From: an uncultured bacterium | GTDB taxonomy: Bacteria > Chloroflexota > UBA5177 > JANWHV01 | Assembly (NCBI GenBank): GCA_963827235.1 | Contig: CAWHAE010000018.1 | Span: 64,001 to 128,000, forward strand | Direction: 5' to 3' | Length of the DNA: 64,000 bases | Shown here: positions 19,933 to 31,521 of the stretch, piece by piece | Numbering within the stretch: position 1 is the first letter of the stretch | Layout of the letters: each line of letters begins with the position of its first letter | Position numbers and translations under genes: made by a program | Notes under the pieces: generated by a model | Seen by the model: only the letters and a program-made list of their open reading frames with translations | The model's database searches: none | What the model was told of the DNA's origin: nothing

Positions 19933-20293
19933 CCTCTACATTGCCCTTTTGCTGCCGCCGGCGCCTGCCCCCGGCCGCGCGGTTCTCACGATCAAGGCGC
20001 TCGCCGGTGTTGGATCGCCGACGCTCCGCTACAGCATAGACGCGCCTACCGGCAACTGCACTCCCCCACTTGTTCGTGCGGGAAAGCGCGACGTCGCGAG
20101 ACACCGCGCCGGGACCGGCCATTCCGGCAGCAGCCGCGAGGCGCCAAACTCGTCGATATCGGTGCGGCCCTTCCTGCTGCCGGGACACCCGGGTCATGAC
20201 GCGGTCCACGTCAGCCGCTGCTCGCTGCCGGGCCGCCGAGCCTGCGGACCGCTTCGGCGTACCCCTGAGTCCGCTCCTGGCCGATGGCTCCGC

Positions 20294-20827
20294 CTACAGC
20301 GCGGCCGGATCCAGCCGGGAGCGCAAATCCTCGATGAATGCCTCGCGGCGGTCGACGCTGATCACGACCTCGCGCACTTTCCAGAAAGGGAGCAGATGGA
20401 ACACGCGGAAGCGTTGCGGCTTTCGCAGCCGGATCTCGACCAGATTGGCAGGCCAGAGAGCCAGAAACAGGCTGTGGCGATAGAGACGAAGCGGGAACTC
20501 CGTCGGCTTTCGCTCGGTAGCATGGACAGAGGCGATGTTCCGGTAGTCTATCGACCCGCTAAAGTACAGACCTAGTCTCAGCACCGCGTGGTCCGCGCGC
20601 AGCTCGTGAGCCGTGAGCCATGGACTGATGAAGGCGGCGGTGAGCACGCCCGTTCCAACCACGTGCCGGCGCACGCTCTCGCCCTTCAGCAGGCGGACTC
20701 CGCGTGTGACCAGGACGAGTCCCGAGAGCGGTTGGAGCAGGAGACCGGCCGTATGCGCACTCCACCCTCGCGCGACGGCGGGAGCGCGGTGGTAGGTGTA
20801 GCGAACAGTATCAACAATGGCTATCAT
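20294..20827 (-). CDS. Hypothetical membrane protein with probable PH-like C-terminal domain, third gene of the ECF operon
   Basis: Two hydrophobic segments, then LRLGLYFSGSIDYRNIASV..VISVDRREAFIEDL. Overlaps the anti-sigma stop. Confidence 0.6.
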   Translation of the reverse strand: MIAIVDTVRYTYHRAPAVARGWSAHTAGLLLQPLSGLVLVTRGVRLLKGESVRRHVVGTGVLTAAFISPWLTAHELRADHAVLRLGLYFSGSIDYRNIASVHATERKPTEFPLRLYRHSLFLALWPANLVEIRLRKPQRFRVFHLLPFWKVREVVISVDRREAFIEDLRSRLDPAAL

Positions 20828-21292
20828 TCTCCTGGTGCCGAGCTTCGCCGCTCAGCCACGCGTACTCCTGCAGGGTCCGTACGTCGCGAAACATCTCGAC
20901 GTAGAGCCCGCTCAGCGCGAAGAGCGGCAGGACGGCGCTGAGCGACCGCGCGAGCCGGAACCACCGTGGGTACTCTGTGCTCCATACGAGCCGCAGATCG
21001 CGCAGGAGGCTCCCCGCCGTAGAGACGAACAGCAGGACTCCTCCCCCCATCAGGCCGCCGTACGTGCCCTGCCGGCGCAGCCGCGCCCGGATATCACGCC
21101 GCATGTCCGGCGCTCGCGGCGCTTCCGGCAGCGCGCCCAGCGCCGCGGCGGAAGACCGCAAATCGGCCAGTTCCTGCCGGCAGGCGGCACAGTTCGCCAG
21201 ATGTGAATCGACGAGATGGCGGCGGGGGGGTCAAGCTCGCCGTCCAGGTATGCAGAAAGCAGAGGTCCGGCCAGTGTACGCGGCGCGTTCAT
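20811..21292 (-). CDS. Zinc-finger (zf-HC2/ZAS) membrane anti-sigma factor, frameshifted in the G7 run near 21224-21230
   Basis: LLSAYLDGELD in one frame. HLANCAACRQEL (HxxxCxxC) and two TM segments in the frame ending at 20811. Confidence 0.8.
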
Positions 21293-21928
21293 CGTGTTCC
21301 GCCCTTCTGCGTTTCTCTATAGGCATCCCGAAAGGCCTGGCGGGCGCGATGGATCAGCGACGTGACTGCGTCCACCGAGATGCCCATGACCTCGCCAATC
21401 TCTACGTAGCTGAGGCCCTGAAACTGGCGCAGCGCCAGTATCTGCCGGTGCCTCGCCGGCAGAGCGTGCAGCGCCGCCTGCACTTCCCGCTGCTGCTCGC
21501 GCCGCAATTGACTTTCCAATGGGTCATCGTCCGACTGTGGCGGCACCGCCTCCAGCCCGTCCTCTTCCGGCGCGACGCATGGGTGCCGTGCCTCGCGGCG
21601 GTGGGCATCGATGCAGGTGGTCGTGGCAATGCGGTAGATCCAGGCGCGAAAGCTGATGCTGCCACGGTCACGGCGCAGGTGCAGGAACGCCTTGAGGAAG
21701 ACATCCTGAGTGAGCTCCTCCGCGATGGCGGCGCCTCCCATGCTTCGATAGACGTAGCCGAAGATCGGTTGGCGATAGCGCTCGAACACACGATCGAACG
21801 CCTGCACGTCGCCGCGCCGGAACGACGCGACCAGATCCTCGTCGGCAATCGTGTTTGCCGTGTCCGCGGGACCGTTACCATCGGCCGCGACCGCCGTGCC
21901 CTTCGCGCACCACGCGAACGTGACTCAT
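21289..21928 (-). CDS. ECF RNA polymerase sigma factor (true start probably ATG 21928, with a frameshift near 21900)
   Basis: DEDLVASFRRGDVQAF, AEELTQDVFLKA, FRAWIYRIA, LSYVEIGEVMG..VTSLIHRAR. Removing one G from gaaggg joins MSHVRVVRE to the sigma frame. Confidence 0.9.
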
Positions 21929-21955
21929 CCACCCTTCAAGCGCTACCACAGGTTG

Positions 21956-21982
21956 TAACGCCGGAAGCGCGAAAAGCTTTCG
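21956..21982 (-). promoter_or_regulatory. Putative ECF-dependent autoregulatory promoter
   Basis: Minus strand CGAAAG-N16-CGTTA, resembling the SigW-type TGAAAC-N16-CGTA, about 28 nt above the sigma ATG. Confidence 0.45.
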
Positions 21983-22146
21983 CGGCCGGGATCGGCGCCG
22001 CGCACCAAGTCCGAGGTCGCCACTGCGGCGGCGCGCTCGATCTGTCGCCTCGTAGGAGACCGTGGCAGCGCCCGGAAGAAAGCGCCTCCGCGAACTGCCA
22101 CCTGCGGCGGCAGCTCGCGGACGCTTGGCACTCGAGCCCCTGCGGA

Positions 22147-25100
22147 CTACTTGCCGATTGTGTACGTGTAGGGGATTGCTTGCAGCTCGTCGCCGCTGGT
22201 GCTGCTGGCATTGAACGTGTCCAGGTAGAGGAATCCGCGCACCACAGTGCCTGGTGCGCCGCTCGGCGTGAAGCGGATGCCGAATCTCGCCCGAGTGCTT
22301 GGGGGCCAGGGTAAGCGCCTGGAACTGCGTCGCGAAGGGCGACCAGATATCGCCGGTCGTCGTGTCAACCTGGCGATCGAACGGCTGCCCGATCGCCGAG
22401 GCGGTGATATCGACCGTGCTCGGCGCCGCACCGTCGCTGCCAAACGGACCAAACTGCTCGGGCGCCACCGCCCATATGCCCGGCGCCACTTCAGGCGTGT
22501 TCAAGGCGACCGTCGCCACGTAGTCGCCGGACATCGGGTCGAGGGTCGAGCCGCTCGATTGGTAGATATCCGGATTGCCAGTGCCGCCAAACGGAGGCGC
22601 GCCGTTGGCCAGCATGGCATCAAAGGCCACCGGCGACGGTGAATGCGCCGTGAACGTCAGCGTGCTCACCTCGGGCGGCACGACGAAAGGCGGCAGCGCC
22701 TGGCTCCTGGTAATCGGCAGGGTCACGCTGAATCCGTCGGGTGCCTCCAGCGGTACGCGCGCCGTGGTGGCCAGGCGTGGATCGAGCAGAAGGTGCTCGT
22801 CGGTGACGCCCGTGTTGCTCACCAGAATCGCCGCGATGATCGGCTTGCCGGCTCGCAGCACCGTGCGTTTGCTGCTGGGTATGCCATGCGTGAGCACGCG
22901 GACTCCATTGAAGGTGATCGTGGCGTGGAACGGCTGTGCCGTGGCCGCGCTACCGACCGCGTCGTTGATCAGCAGTACGAACAGCCACCGGCCGGCCAGA
23001 GGATCGCGCCGGAAGAACTGCATGGCGCCGGTGTAGAACGTGGGCACGCCCGTCGAGCTGACCGCACTCGCCGTCGTCTGCACATCGACAGGCTGGCCGT
23101 TCGGGTCGACCAGGACACCTTCCAGGTTGCTGCTCGGATCGGTGATGCGCAGACCCAGGTCCAGATCCCGCAGCCCCGACGGCACGTCGAACTGGTAACT
23201 GAGGGTCTGGCCGGGCGAGCCGAATCGCCCGTTGCCCCCGGTGAGCGTACCCGAGAACGAGCCTCCGCCGCGTGTCAACGTCACCAGCGAGCGCAGGCTG
23301 ACCGGTATGGCGCCGATCAGCGAGCCGCTGCCGCTTGAGGTCGGAAACGCGATTTCCTCGTCGAGATCGCCCGGGCTCGCAGGCGTGCGGGTGACCACGG
23401 TGAACGTCGCGGTGTGGCCGGGTGCCAGCACCACCGCCGCAGGGGTCACCTTGCCGGTCGTCGCGGAGCGCGAGCCGTTGATCGAGAGCTGAACCTTGCC
23501 GAAGTACGATCCGGTGGCCGACGTGGACCGCGTCCAGATCACCGCCGTCCACACGCCAGCGCCCGGATTCCGCACGCTGACCTGGCCGAAGCCGCTGCTG
23601 TACCCGGGCTCATTCTGCGGATCCGAGAAGGCCGCGAAGCGGCCCGACGGATCGAACAGGTCGAGGCGGACCACCGACGACGACTCCTGCAGAGCGAGCC
23701 AGGCGATGGCCGCGTTCAGATGCTGGACACCAGCCGGAACCCGGAAGGTCTGTGTGACGAAGGCTCGGCCCAAGCCGAACTGATCGAGGAACGTGGCGGA
23801 ATCACTGATTGGATCCAGGTGCAGCGTATAGTCGGCGTGAAACACGGTCTTCCCCGCGGTGCGCAGTTTCGGCGCCACGCGCTGGCTCTGACCGCCAACG
23901 TTGCTCACGCTGAAGCTGAGCCGCTCAGATGTGTTGGGCTTGTCGGAAGCAGTGAAGGCCGTGGTGTCGGTCACCAGGAGGCTGCCGGCGCGCGGCGACG
24001 GGCTGGCCACGGCGTCCTGATAGGACAGCGCGGCTTGTACCGCTCGATAGCTGTTTATGAGGCCGGCTCCCTGCTCGGAGGCCGGTAGGCCAAGGTCGGT
24101 AGCCGTGCTGGTGATGATCTGTTTGACCAGCAGCGGGGTGGGCGACGCACCGTGATGGGTGCTGCGATAGGCCTGGATGACCAGCGCCGCCTCGCCCGCG
24201 GTGAGCGGGGCCGACTCGCTCGTGCCGCCAGTGAACTCGATCGAGGCCGGGGTAGACTGGTCGGCGTCCACGCAATCGGAGTAGGCCATCGGCTTTACCC
24301 GGCTGGGCGTGCACAGGGCCCAGCCAGCGTCACCCGGCGCCACGACGTCGACAGTGCGTGGCCCGAGCTGCGTGAAGCCACCGGAACTGATGGCGGCGAC
24401 ATTGTTGTCGACATAGCCGCCGCTGCCCAGTGTGATGCCGGCCGCACCAACCTGCGTATAAGCACGGAACTGCGTGCTGGCGCCCACCAGGATGACGCCG
24501 GGGTCGCTGCCCGGCGACCCGATGGTGCTGGCAGCACCCGCGTCGCCGCTGGAGACCGTGACGGTCACGCCGGCAGAGACGGCATTGCTGTTGGCGATGC
24601 TGATCGGGTCGTTCTGGTAATCCGGGAAGGGGTTGCCGCCGAATGACTCGTTGAGCACGTCGACTTCGTCGACCGAAATCGCGTAATCTATCGCCTGCAC
24701 GAAAGCCGATGTGGTCGTGGCATTGGACTGGCCGAACACCTTGAGTCCGATTAGCTGAGCGCCGGGTGCCATGCCGAGAATGCGGATTGGGCAGGCTTTG
24801 GGCAGCGGATTGACCCGATAGCTGTTCACGTCATATACGTGACGGCCTTGCGCGGCGATCGAGCTGGCGTCGAGAAACGCTTCCCCGCCGGCGGTCGGCG
24901 CGGTCGGCCCATCGCCGCTGAAGTCCTTGTAGTCCACGAAGACGGTCTTGCCGTTGCGCATGAAGTCCGGGTTGTAGATATCCACGCCGTCGGCAATGAA
25001 GGCTACCTTTACGCCCTGACCATTGATCAAGGCGCCGGTGCCCGAGCGTAGCTGCTGCGCCTGCGCCACGCGAGAATCGGCGTAGGCAGTATTGGTCAGC

Positions 25101-25645
25101 TGCAGTGCTTCGGGCTCCAGGGACGGCGTCTTGCTGGTCGTGCAGGCAGGCATCGGGGGATCGCTCGCGCTCGACGCCGCGCGGCCGCTGCCGGCCGCCG
25201 AAGCCGCGGGCGTCAGGTCAGGGGATGGCGAGAGGAGATGAATCACCCGGTCGGGAACCACGTCGAGCACGGCCGGATCGGCACGCAGCCGCGCCGCCTC
25301 GGCTGAGGAAACCGTGGCACTCACGGCATTGACGACCTTGTACGGATGCACCGCGCGCGCACCCACCCGGCCCAGCTCTTGCAGCACAGCGGACTGTGAT
25401 GCCGGAGCCACCGAACTGTGCTGCGCGCTCCTGTCCGCCGGATACTGGTCGCGCATGATGACGACGACGTGGTCAGTCTCCGACAGCGAGAGTTGCCGTG
25501 TCTGGGCAGCCGTGAGCGCCGGAAAGGCCTGCCTGGCAGACTGCGGCTGCGCGGCTGCCTGTGGTATGGATCGGAGGGGCGGGAGCTGGATCAGGGCCAG
25601 AAGCGAGATGCCGGCGAGCAGGACACGGCCAGGAGGGAGTGCCAT
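22147..25645 (-). CDS. Secreted subtilase (S8/S53-like) with I9 prodomain and beta-sandwich C-terminal domains, frameshift near 22283
   Basis: Signal-like N-terminus from ATG 25645 (GAGGAG RBS). VAFIADGVD, GGEAFLDASSIAA, GMAPGA, SSGDAG, DVVAPG, GGTSESAP. C-terminal IRFTPSG..PYTYTIGK is in a shifted frame. Confidence 0.88.
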
Positions 25646-26006
25646 GAATGATTTCTCCTCTAGTTCTGCGGGCACAAAGAGAGCCCGAGACACCTCAAAG
25701 GTAACGCCGAGGACTTCCGAGCCGAGACAGGGTGCCGGAATCCGGCAGAGGCGGGCCGGCAGAAAACCCGCCGCTTGACCGTACCGGCCATACAGGTCGA
25801 TTCTCTTATAACATAGCTGCGCGCGGCGCAAGTGGTCGTTGCTGCCGAACGCAGGGTGCCGGTCTCAGCGGAGAGCCTGGTACGCCATCGCTCGCCGCAG
25901 CAGCTCCAGGGCTTGACGCGGCGCAGCCGGTAGACTGATCTGGTCTACCGCTCCATCCCGCGGGCACCCAATCGCGTCGTTTGCTTGCCCCCCAGTGCGT
26001 ACGCCC

Positions 26007-28620
26007 CTAGGAGACGCGCGTCTGGGGCGCGTCTGACGCTTTCACCTGCTGGCGTAGACCGAGCTCCTGGTAAAGCGCGGTCACAGCCGGATCGGCGTCG
26101 GCGTCGAGCTCCTGGCGCATCGATCGGCGATGCTGGAGATAGGTCGCACGCATGCCGCCGGCGTCGCCGAGAGCGGCGTAACGGCGGAGCACGCGCTGGA
26201 CCAGGAGGGCGTCGTCGGCGCAGAAATCTACTTCGCGCTGCAGGCAGGCAAGCGCATCCATCGGTCGTCGCACCCGTTCACAGAGCGAGGCGGCTCTGTC
26301 CAGGGCTTCCACGGCCTCGCGTTCCCAATAGTATCGAAAGGGTCGCGTCCAGTCGGCGCCAATATCGGCCAGGTATCGGCCGGCTGCCCCTGCGATCAGC
26401 TCGCTCACCACGCCGAGGTCACCTCGCTCGAGACGAGCTCGATGCTCGGTCAAGCGTAGCAGGTCGGACGTCACCTCCGGGGCCAGGTCGGCAAGCGCGC
26501 AGCGCACGTGCCGGTCGTGCTCTGCCACTCGCCCCAGTTCGCCGGGCGTGGCACGCAGTATCCTGCGAAGCTCGTAGAGCAGGTTGCGCAGCGCGCGGGC
26601 GGCGGATACCATGTCGGACTCCGGAAACAGATGCGCGCATGCCTCGTCGCGTGAGAAGCCGTCCCTGCCGTGAGCCAGCGCGTACCAGAACAGCTCGCGC
26701 ACTTTGGACTGCTGCCACCATGCGCTGCCCAGCGGACGGCCGTCCGCGAACGCGGCGGCATGGCCGAAGAAGTGCAGATCGAGCCGCACGGCGGCCGGTG
26801 GAGCGCCGATTGCGATCGGGCCGCGAGGCGGCCTGATCAGCGGTCCGAGAATGGTTGTCTCTCGAGGCGTAAGCGGGTACGCGTCGTCCTCGCCCCGCCG
26901 CCTGGCCAGGACCCGTGCCTCGACGTCTCTGCCCTCGCGAGCATACAGGCGCGCCAGATGCGCCTGGGCCTGGGCACGCAGGGAACGGTCCGCACCGCAC
27001 TCATCGACTATCTGCTCGATAGTCGCAACCGGCGAGAACTGCTTGTGGTCGCCGAGAACGGCACGGGCCAAGCGCCCGGCGGGAAGCAGTCCCGCGCGGC
27101 CCGTCGCGGCGACACGGGCCGCCAAGTCGTTGCCGAGCTCGGCCAGCATCAGCGCCTGCGCTGCCTGTACGAGGTCGGACAGTCCATAGGGGTCGGCAAG
27201 CTCGAGCTCGCCTTGGGCAGTGGCCAGCAGATCGCCCGCTGTAGCCTTGTCCGCGAGGGCGAGCAATGCTTCGGCCAGGGTGAGGCGGAGCAACGGCCGC
27301 AGACCGAGAGCGGCGCACCAGGGCGCTGCCAGCGCTCGCCGGCGCATGCCGGCACTTTCCTCGTGCTTGCCGCACTGCTCCAGCAGGATGGCACGGTTGT
27401 TGAGCAGCTCGAGCGACGCCGGCCCCTCAGCCTCGGCATCCTGGTCAGGGTTGGGCTGCTCGAAGAGCCGTGACGCCGCGCACAGATCGCCGCGACGGCG
27501 CTCGGTGACGGCCAGCGTGTGCATGGCCGGCCGTCGCAGCAGCGCGGAAGGTGAGCCATCGACGCCATCTGGTGCGGTTGGCCAGGGCTGCGCGAAGCGC
27601 TACCGCGGCTTGCTCGTTCTCGCCAAGCAGCCCAAGGACGGCGCCAAGTGAAGCCAGCGCGAAGGCGCGCTCTCGCGGGAGGGTCACCGGCTGCTCGCCG
27701 AAGGCGAATCGTTGCAGGAGCCGCGATGCGCGGCGCAGACTGGCGGACCGCCCCAGTGCCGCGCAACACGGGGCCAGCAGCCTGAGCCGCTCCACGCGCT
27801 CGTCGACGGTAGCCGCACGCTGCCCAGCCGGCAGCAGGAACGGCCACGCCGCTCGCGGGCCTCCGTCCAGCAGGCGCCGGTTCGCCACGACCAGGGCGAG
27901 CGGACCGGACAGCCGCACGGTCGCCGGGTTCAGGCCGTCCGCAATCTGCAGGGCAACGGCTTGCCGGCGGTACCACTGCCAGAGTCCCACCCTGCGGGAC
28001 ACGTGCATGGCTCGGGCGCCGCCACCGCTTTCCGCTAGCAGCTGCGCGGCGAAGACCGGCTCTTCGGTAGCCAGGCGCTCGGCCACGCGGGCCTGCAGCG
28101 CCGCCAATCCCGAGGCACCAAGGCTCACGATCACGGCGTCGCGCGCCGCGCCGCTCAGGCGGTACCGTCCGACCTCGAGCCGGTCGAGCAGGATAGTCTC
28201 CTCGCTCAAACGCCGGAGCTGGGCTTCGACGCGGGCCGCCGGACAGCCCATGGCGCTCGCCAGCACGGCCGCGGATGCCGCCGGAAGAACCGCCAGATGT
28301 TGGAACGCACACCGGGCATCGTCCTCCAGCGACGGCAGCACGCCCCGGGCCAGGCCCTCCAGTAGGGCCGGCCGCCCGCCCGGCCGGTATTCGACCGCCC
28401 AGTCTCCACCCTCTTGCGCCACGCAGACACGGAATCGCGCACGCTCGTCTTCGTCAAGCCGGAGCAGATCGGCACCGAAACGCGCCAGTTGTCCCCGATC
28501 CTCCCACCAGGCGCACATGGCCGGCAGCTCTGCCGGCATGGAATCTTCCGCTGACCACGACGGATATGCACGCGGGTAAGTAGGTGAGGAGCCGCTCCAG
28601 GACCACCGGGGCAGTCGGGC
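26007..28620 (-). CDS. MalT-like/BTAD (SARP-type) transcriptional regulator, multiply frameshifted (near 27580 and 28540) with a degraded N-terminus
   Basis: LERLLTYLP..VVVSGR, then GQLARFGADLLRLDEDE, TPR-like helices, LHFFGHAAAFADG..W..SKVRELFWY..ALRNLLYELRR, and a BTAD end (ELDADADPAVTALYQEL), spread over three frames. Confidence 0.7.
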
Positions 28621-28882
28621 TGCCTGTCGACGCTGGTCGAGGCCGCCGTGCGCGACCGGCCGGTGGACGGCGACGCGACAACGAGGGGCGCCACAAGCCG
28701 CCCTGAGCGCATGCGGAGCGAGCAGCAGGTAGCACAGTCACGCGCCTGACCATCCCACCGGCGGGTGGCGACGGTCGCCCGGCACGACGGTATTCAATCT
28801 GAGCAGTCACCACCGCAATGAGGCTTGGCTCCCCTACTGCAGCGGACGAGCACACGGAGCTCGCACGATACGGAGGCCACGC

Positions 28883-30846
28883 ATGAACGTGGCGCTGATT
28901 GGCGCAGAGCTGGAAGAGAACCTTGGTCTGCGCTACATCGCATCGTCGCTCGAGGCCAGGGGCCACCAGGTAGCCATCGTTCCCTTCAACTTCGCACAAG
29001 ACGCCGAACGGGCGGTTCGAGAGACGATCGCGCTCGCCCCGGACATCGCCGGCTTGTCCATGGTCTTTACGTCCCGCGGCCGCGAATTCTGCGATCTGGC
29101 GGCACAGCTTCGCGAGGCAGGATTCCGCGGTCACCTGATCGCCGGTGGACTGTTCGCCTCATTCAACTGCGAGAAGCTGTTGCGCGAGTTTCCTGCCTTC
29201 GACTCGGTCGCACTCGGCGAAGGCGAGGAGCTGATGTGCCTGCTGGCCAATCGCCCGGATCGGCTCGACACGGTGCCGGGTCTCTGCTATCGCGGGTCTG
29301 ACGGCCGGCCGTCGATCAACCCTGCCGTCGGCAATCCGGACAAGCTCGACGAGCTGCCGTGGCCCAAGCGCACCACGTTTCACAGCTACTTCGACAAGCC
29401 GATCGCGAGCGTCCTGACCAGCCGCGGCTGCTGGCGGGATTGCGCGTTCTGCAGCATCAACGCCTGGTCGGATCGCAGCGGCGGCAAGAAGTTCCGCACC
29501 CGCGGCGTCGACAACATCGTGGAGGAAGTGGCCGACCTCTATCACCGGCACGGCGTGCGCATCTACAACTTTCAGGATGACAACTTCTTCCTGCCCAACG
29601 CCGAAAGGGCCGTGGAGCGATTCGCCGCGATTCGCGATGGACTGGCAGACGCCGGCGTCACCGGCATCGCCATGGCCGTCAAGGCGCGGCCGACAGCATA
29701 ACCGAGGAGTCCATACGCATCCTCGACGGGCTCGGCCTGTTCCGCGTCTTTCTTGGCGTGGAAAACGCCTCCGAAAACGGCCTCCGCAACCTGAATCGCA
29801 AGAACACGCTCGCCCAGATATTGAACGCGCTCCGCATCCTGAACGACTTCGGCGTCCACGTGGCCTACAACCTGCTGATGTTCGAGCCGGATACGTCGAT
29901 GGACGATATTCTGGTCAATCTGCGCTTCATGGGGCGCCACGTCGAGAACCCCTTCAACTTCTGCCGTGCCGAGGCCTATCCGGGTACCGGGCTGGAATCC
30001 AAGCTGATGACGGAAGGATGTCTGCTCGGCGATGCCTTCGGCTATGACTACCGTCTGAAAGATCCGCGATCGGAGGCGTTCCACCAGATCGCCAACTATG
30101 CCTTCTTCGACCGCAACTTCAGCGACTTCGGCCTGCACTACTTCAATATGCAGGTCGACTTCTACTTTCAGTTGCTGCGCCGGTTCTATCCCGACACGCT
30201 GAGCGAGACATTGCGCGCCGGCGTGCGAAGCTTCATCAAAGAGACAAACCTGGACACCTACTGGCGGCTCTGCGGGATCTACGACTTCTTGGTGGACTGC
30301 GATCCGGGCGACACCGCCTCCCTGCGCGCCTTCGCCGGCCGCGTGCGCTACCACGTGGACCTCGGCAGCGCCGATCTGCTCACCCGTGGCGAACGCGTGC
30401 TGAACCGGATTGAAGACGCGTACGCCCGCAAGTCGGCCTGGCTTCCGCGGCAGGCCCCAGAGGTCGACCAGCCGGCGACCCCTGCATTTGCCCCACATGG
30501 CGATAGGGGCAGCATCCCGGGCGTCACCGGTCGCCAAGCGTGGACAGGGCTTGTTCAAGGCGGTCCCGTACCTCGCCGGCCAGACCCGCGATTTCCGGCC
30601 GCGGCATCAGTGCCAGCACGGCCCGAGGGTCCATCGCCTCCACTACCGTGTCCTCGCCGTCCTCATACAGCACGACGTTGCATGGCAGCAGCAGGCCCAC
30701 TTCGAGGTCGACCGTCAGAGCGCGATGCGCGAACGGCGGGTTGCAGGCGCCCAGGATGGTGTAGCGGCGGAAGTCGACTCCCAGCTTCTCCTTCATCGTC
30801 TTCCGCACGTCGATCTCGGTCAGCACGCCGAACCCCTGCTCCTTGA
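28883..30846 (+). CDS. Cobalamin-binding radical SAM protein, frameshift near 29691; 3' end uncertain
   Basis: EENLGLRYIAS B12 domain, SRGCWRDCAFC (CxxxCxxC), FQDDNF. Adding one base gives KARPDSITEE..FLGVENAS. The tail overlaps DUF302 on the opposite strand. Confidence 0.85.
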
Positions 30847-30934
30847 GCGCCGCGCGCGTCTGCTCCATTACCGTCTCGAACGGCATGGCCAGCCGCCGGC
30901 CGAAACCCAGCGTACTCGTGATCTCACTCGCCAT
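30524..30934 (-). CDS. DUF302 domain protein
   Basis: LKEQGFGVLTEIDV..YTILGACNP..VGLLLPCNVVLYE. Confidence 0.92.
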   Translation of the reverse strand: MASEITSTLGFGRRLAMPFETVMEQTRAALKEQGFGVLTEIDVRKTMKEKLGVDFRRYTILGACNPPFAHRALTVDLEVGLLLPCNVVLYEDGEDTVVEAMDPRAVLALMPRPEIAGLAGEVRDRLEQALSTLGDR

Positions 30935-31170
30935 GGTCGTTGCCCTCTCCTCCAACCCCGATCTCTACCGTTCGGTCGCGTCGTCGCGGCCGCGCCCTGG
31001 ACTGAGACTGGTTCCCGCTTGTCTGAACCGTAGCCGTTGAGGCGATGCATCGGGTGTTCCGACGTCATCACCTGCTCCTCCGGACCCGGCACCGCGGGCA
31101 ACGCTCGACCGTGCCGGTCGCTCCATGCATATGCCTGAGCGTGCACGACCCGGCAGGCTGTGCCACGCGA

Positions 31171-31518
31171 CTATTGCATCGGCAGTCCAGCCCGGCGCCA
31201 GGCGCTGGTACCGCCCTGCACGTTGCGCACGTCGCTGAACTCCGCCTTCTGCAACAGGGATTGCGCCGAGCGGCTGCGGCCCCCGCTCTGGCATATCACC
31301 AGGACGGTCTTGTCCGGCTTCAGCTCACCCATCCGCTGCTTGAGTTGGCTGAGCGGGATGCTCTTGGCTCCCCGAGCGTGGCCGGAACGGAACTCCGAAG
31401 GCTCTCGCACGTCAATCAGCAGTGCCCCTTCTTGCTGCAGCGTGCGTGCTTGGGTGACGTCGACGCTGGTGGTCGGATCTGAGGTGCCGAGAAGAGCGGA
31501 GAACAGGTCTTTGAACAT
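31171..31518 (-). CDS. Single-domain rhodanese (sulfurtransferase)
   Basis: LIDVREPSEF..GH..IPL..VICQSGGRS..GGTSAW..GLP. Confidence 0.93.
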   Translation of the reverse strand: MFKDLFSALLGTSDPTTSVDVTQARTLQQEGALLIDVREPSEFRSGHARGAKSIPLSQLKQRMGELKPDKTVLVICQSGGRSRSAQSLLQKAEFSDVRNVQGGTSAWRRAGLPMQ

Positions 31519-31521
31519 GGC

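Noticed and set aside
19933-20290. c-di-GMP riboswitch upstream of the GGDEF-EAL gene
   Set aside because: No GEMM-like GCAAA..GAAA..GACGCAAAGC core is visible on either strand.
28818-28886. 22-aa ORF overlapping the radical SAM start as a possible RiPP precursor
   Set aside because: No RBS and no precursor-like features. The ATGA overlap arises automatically from the downstream start.
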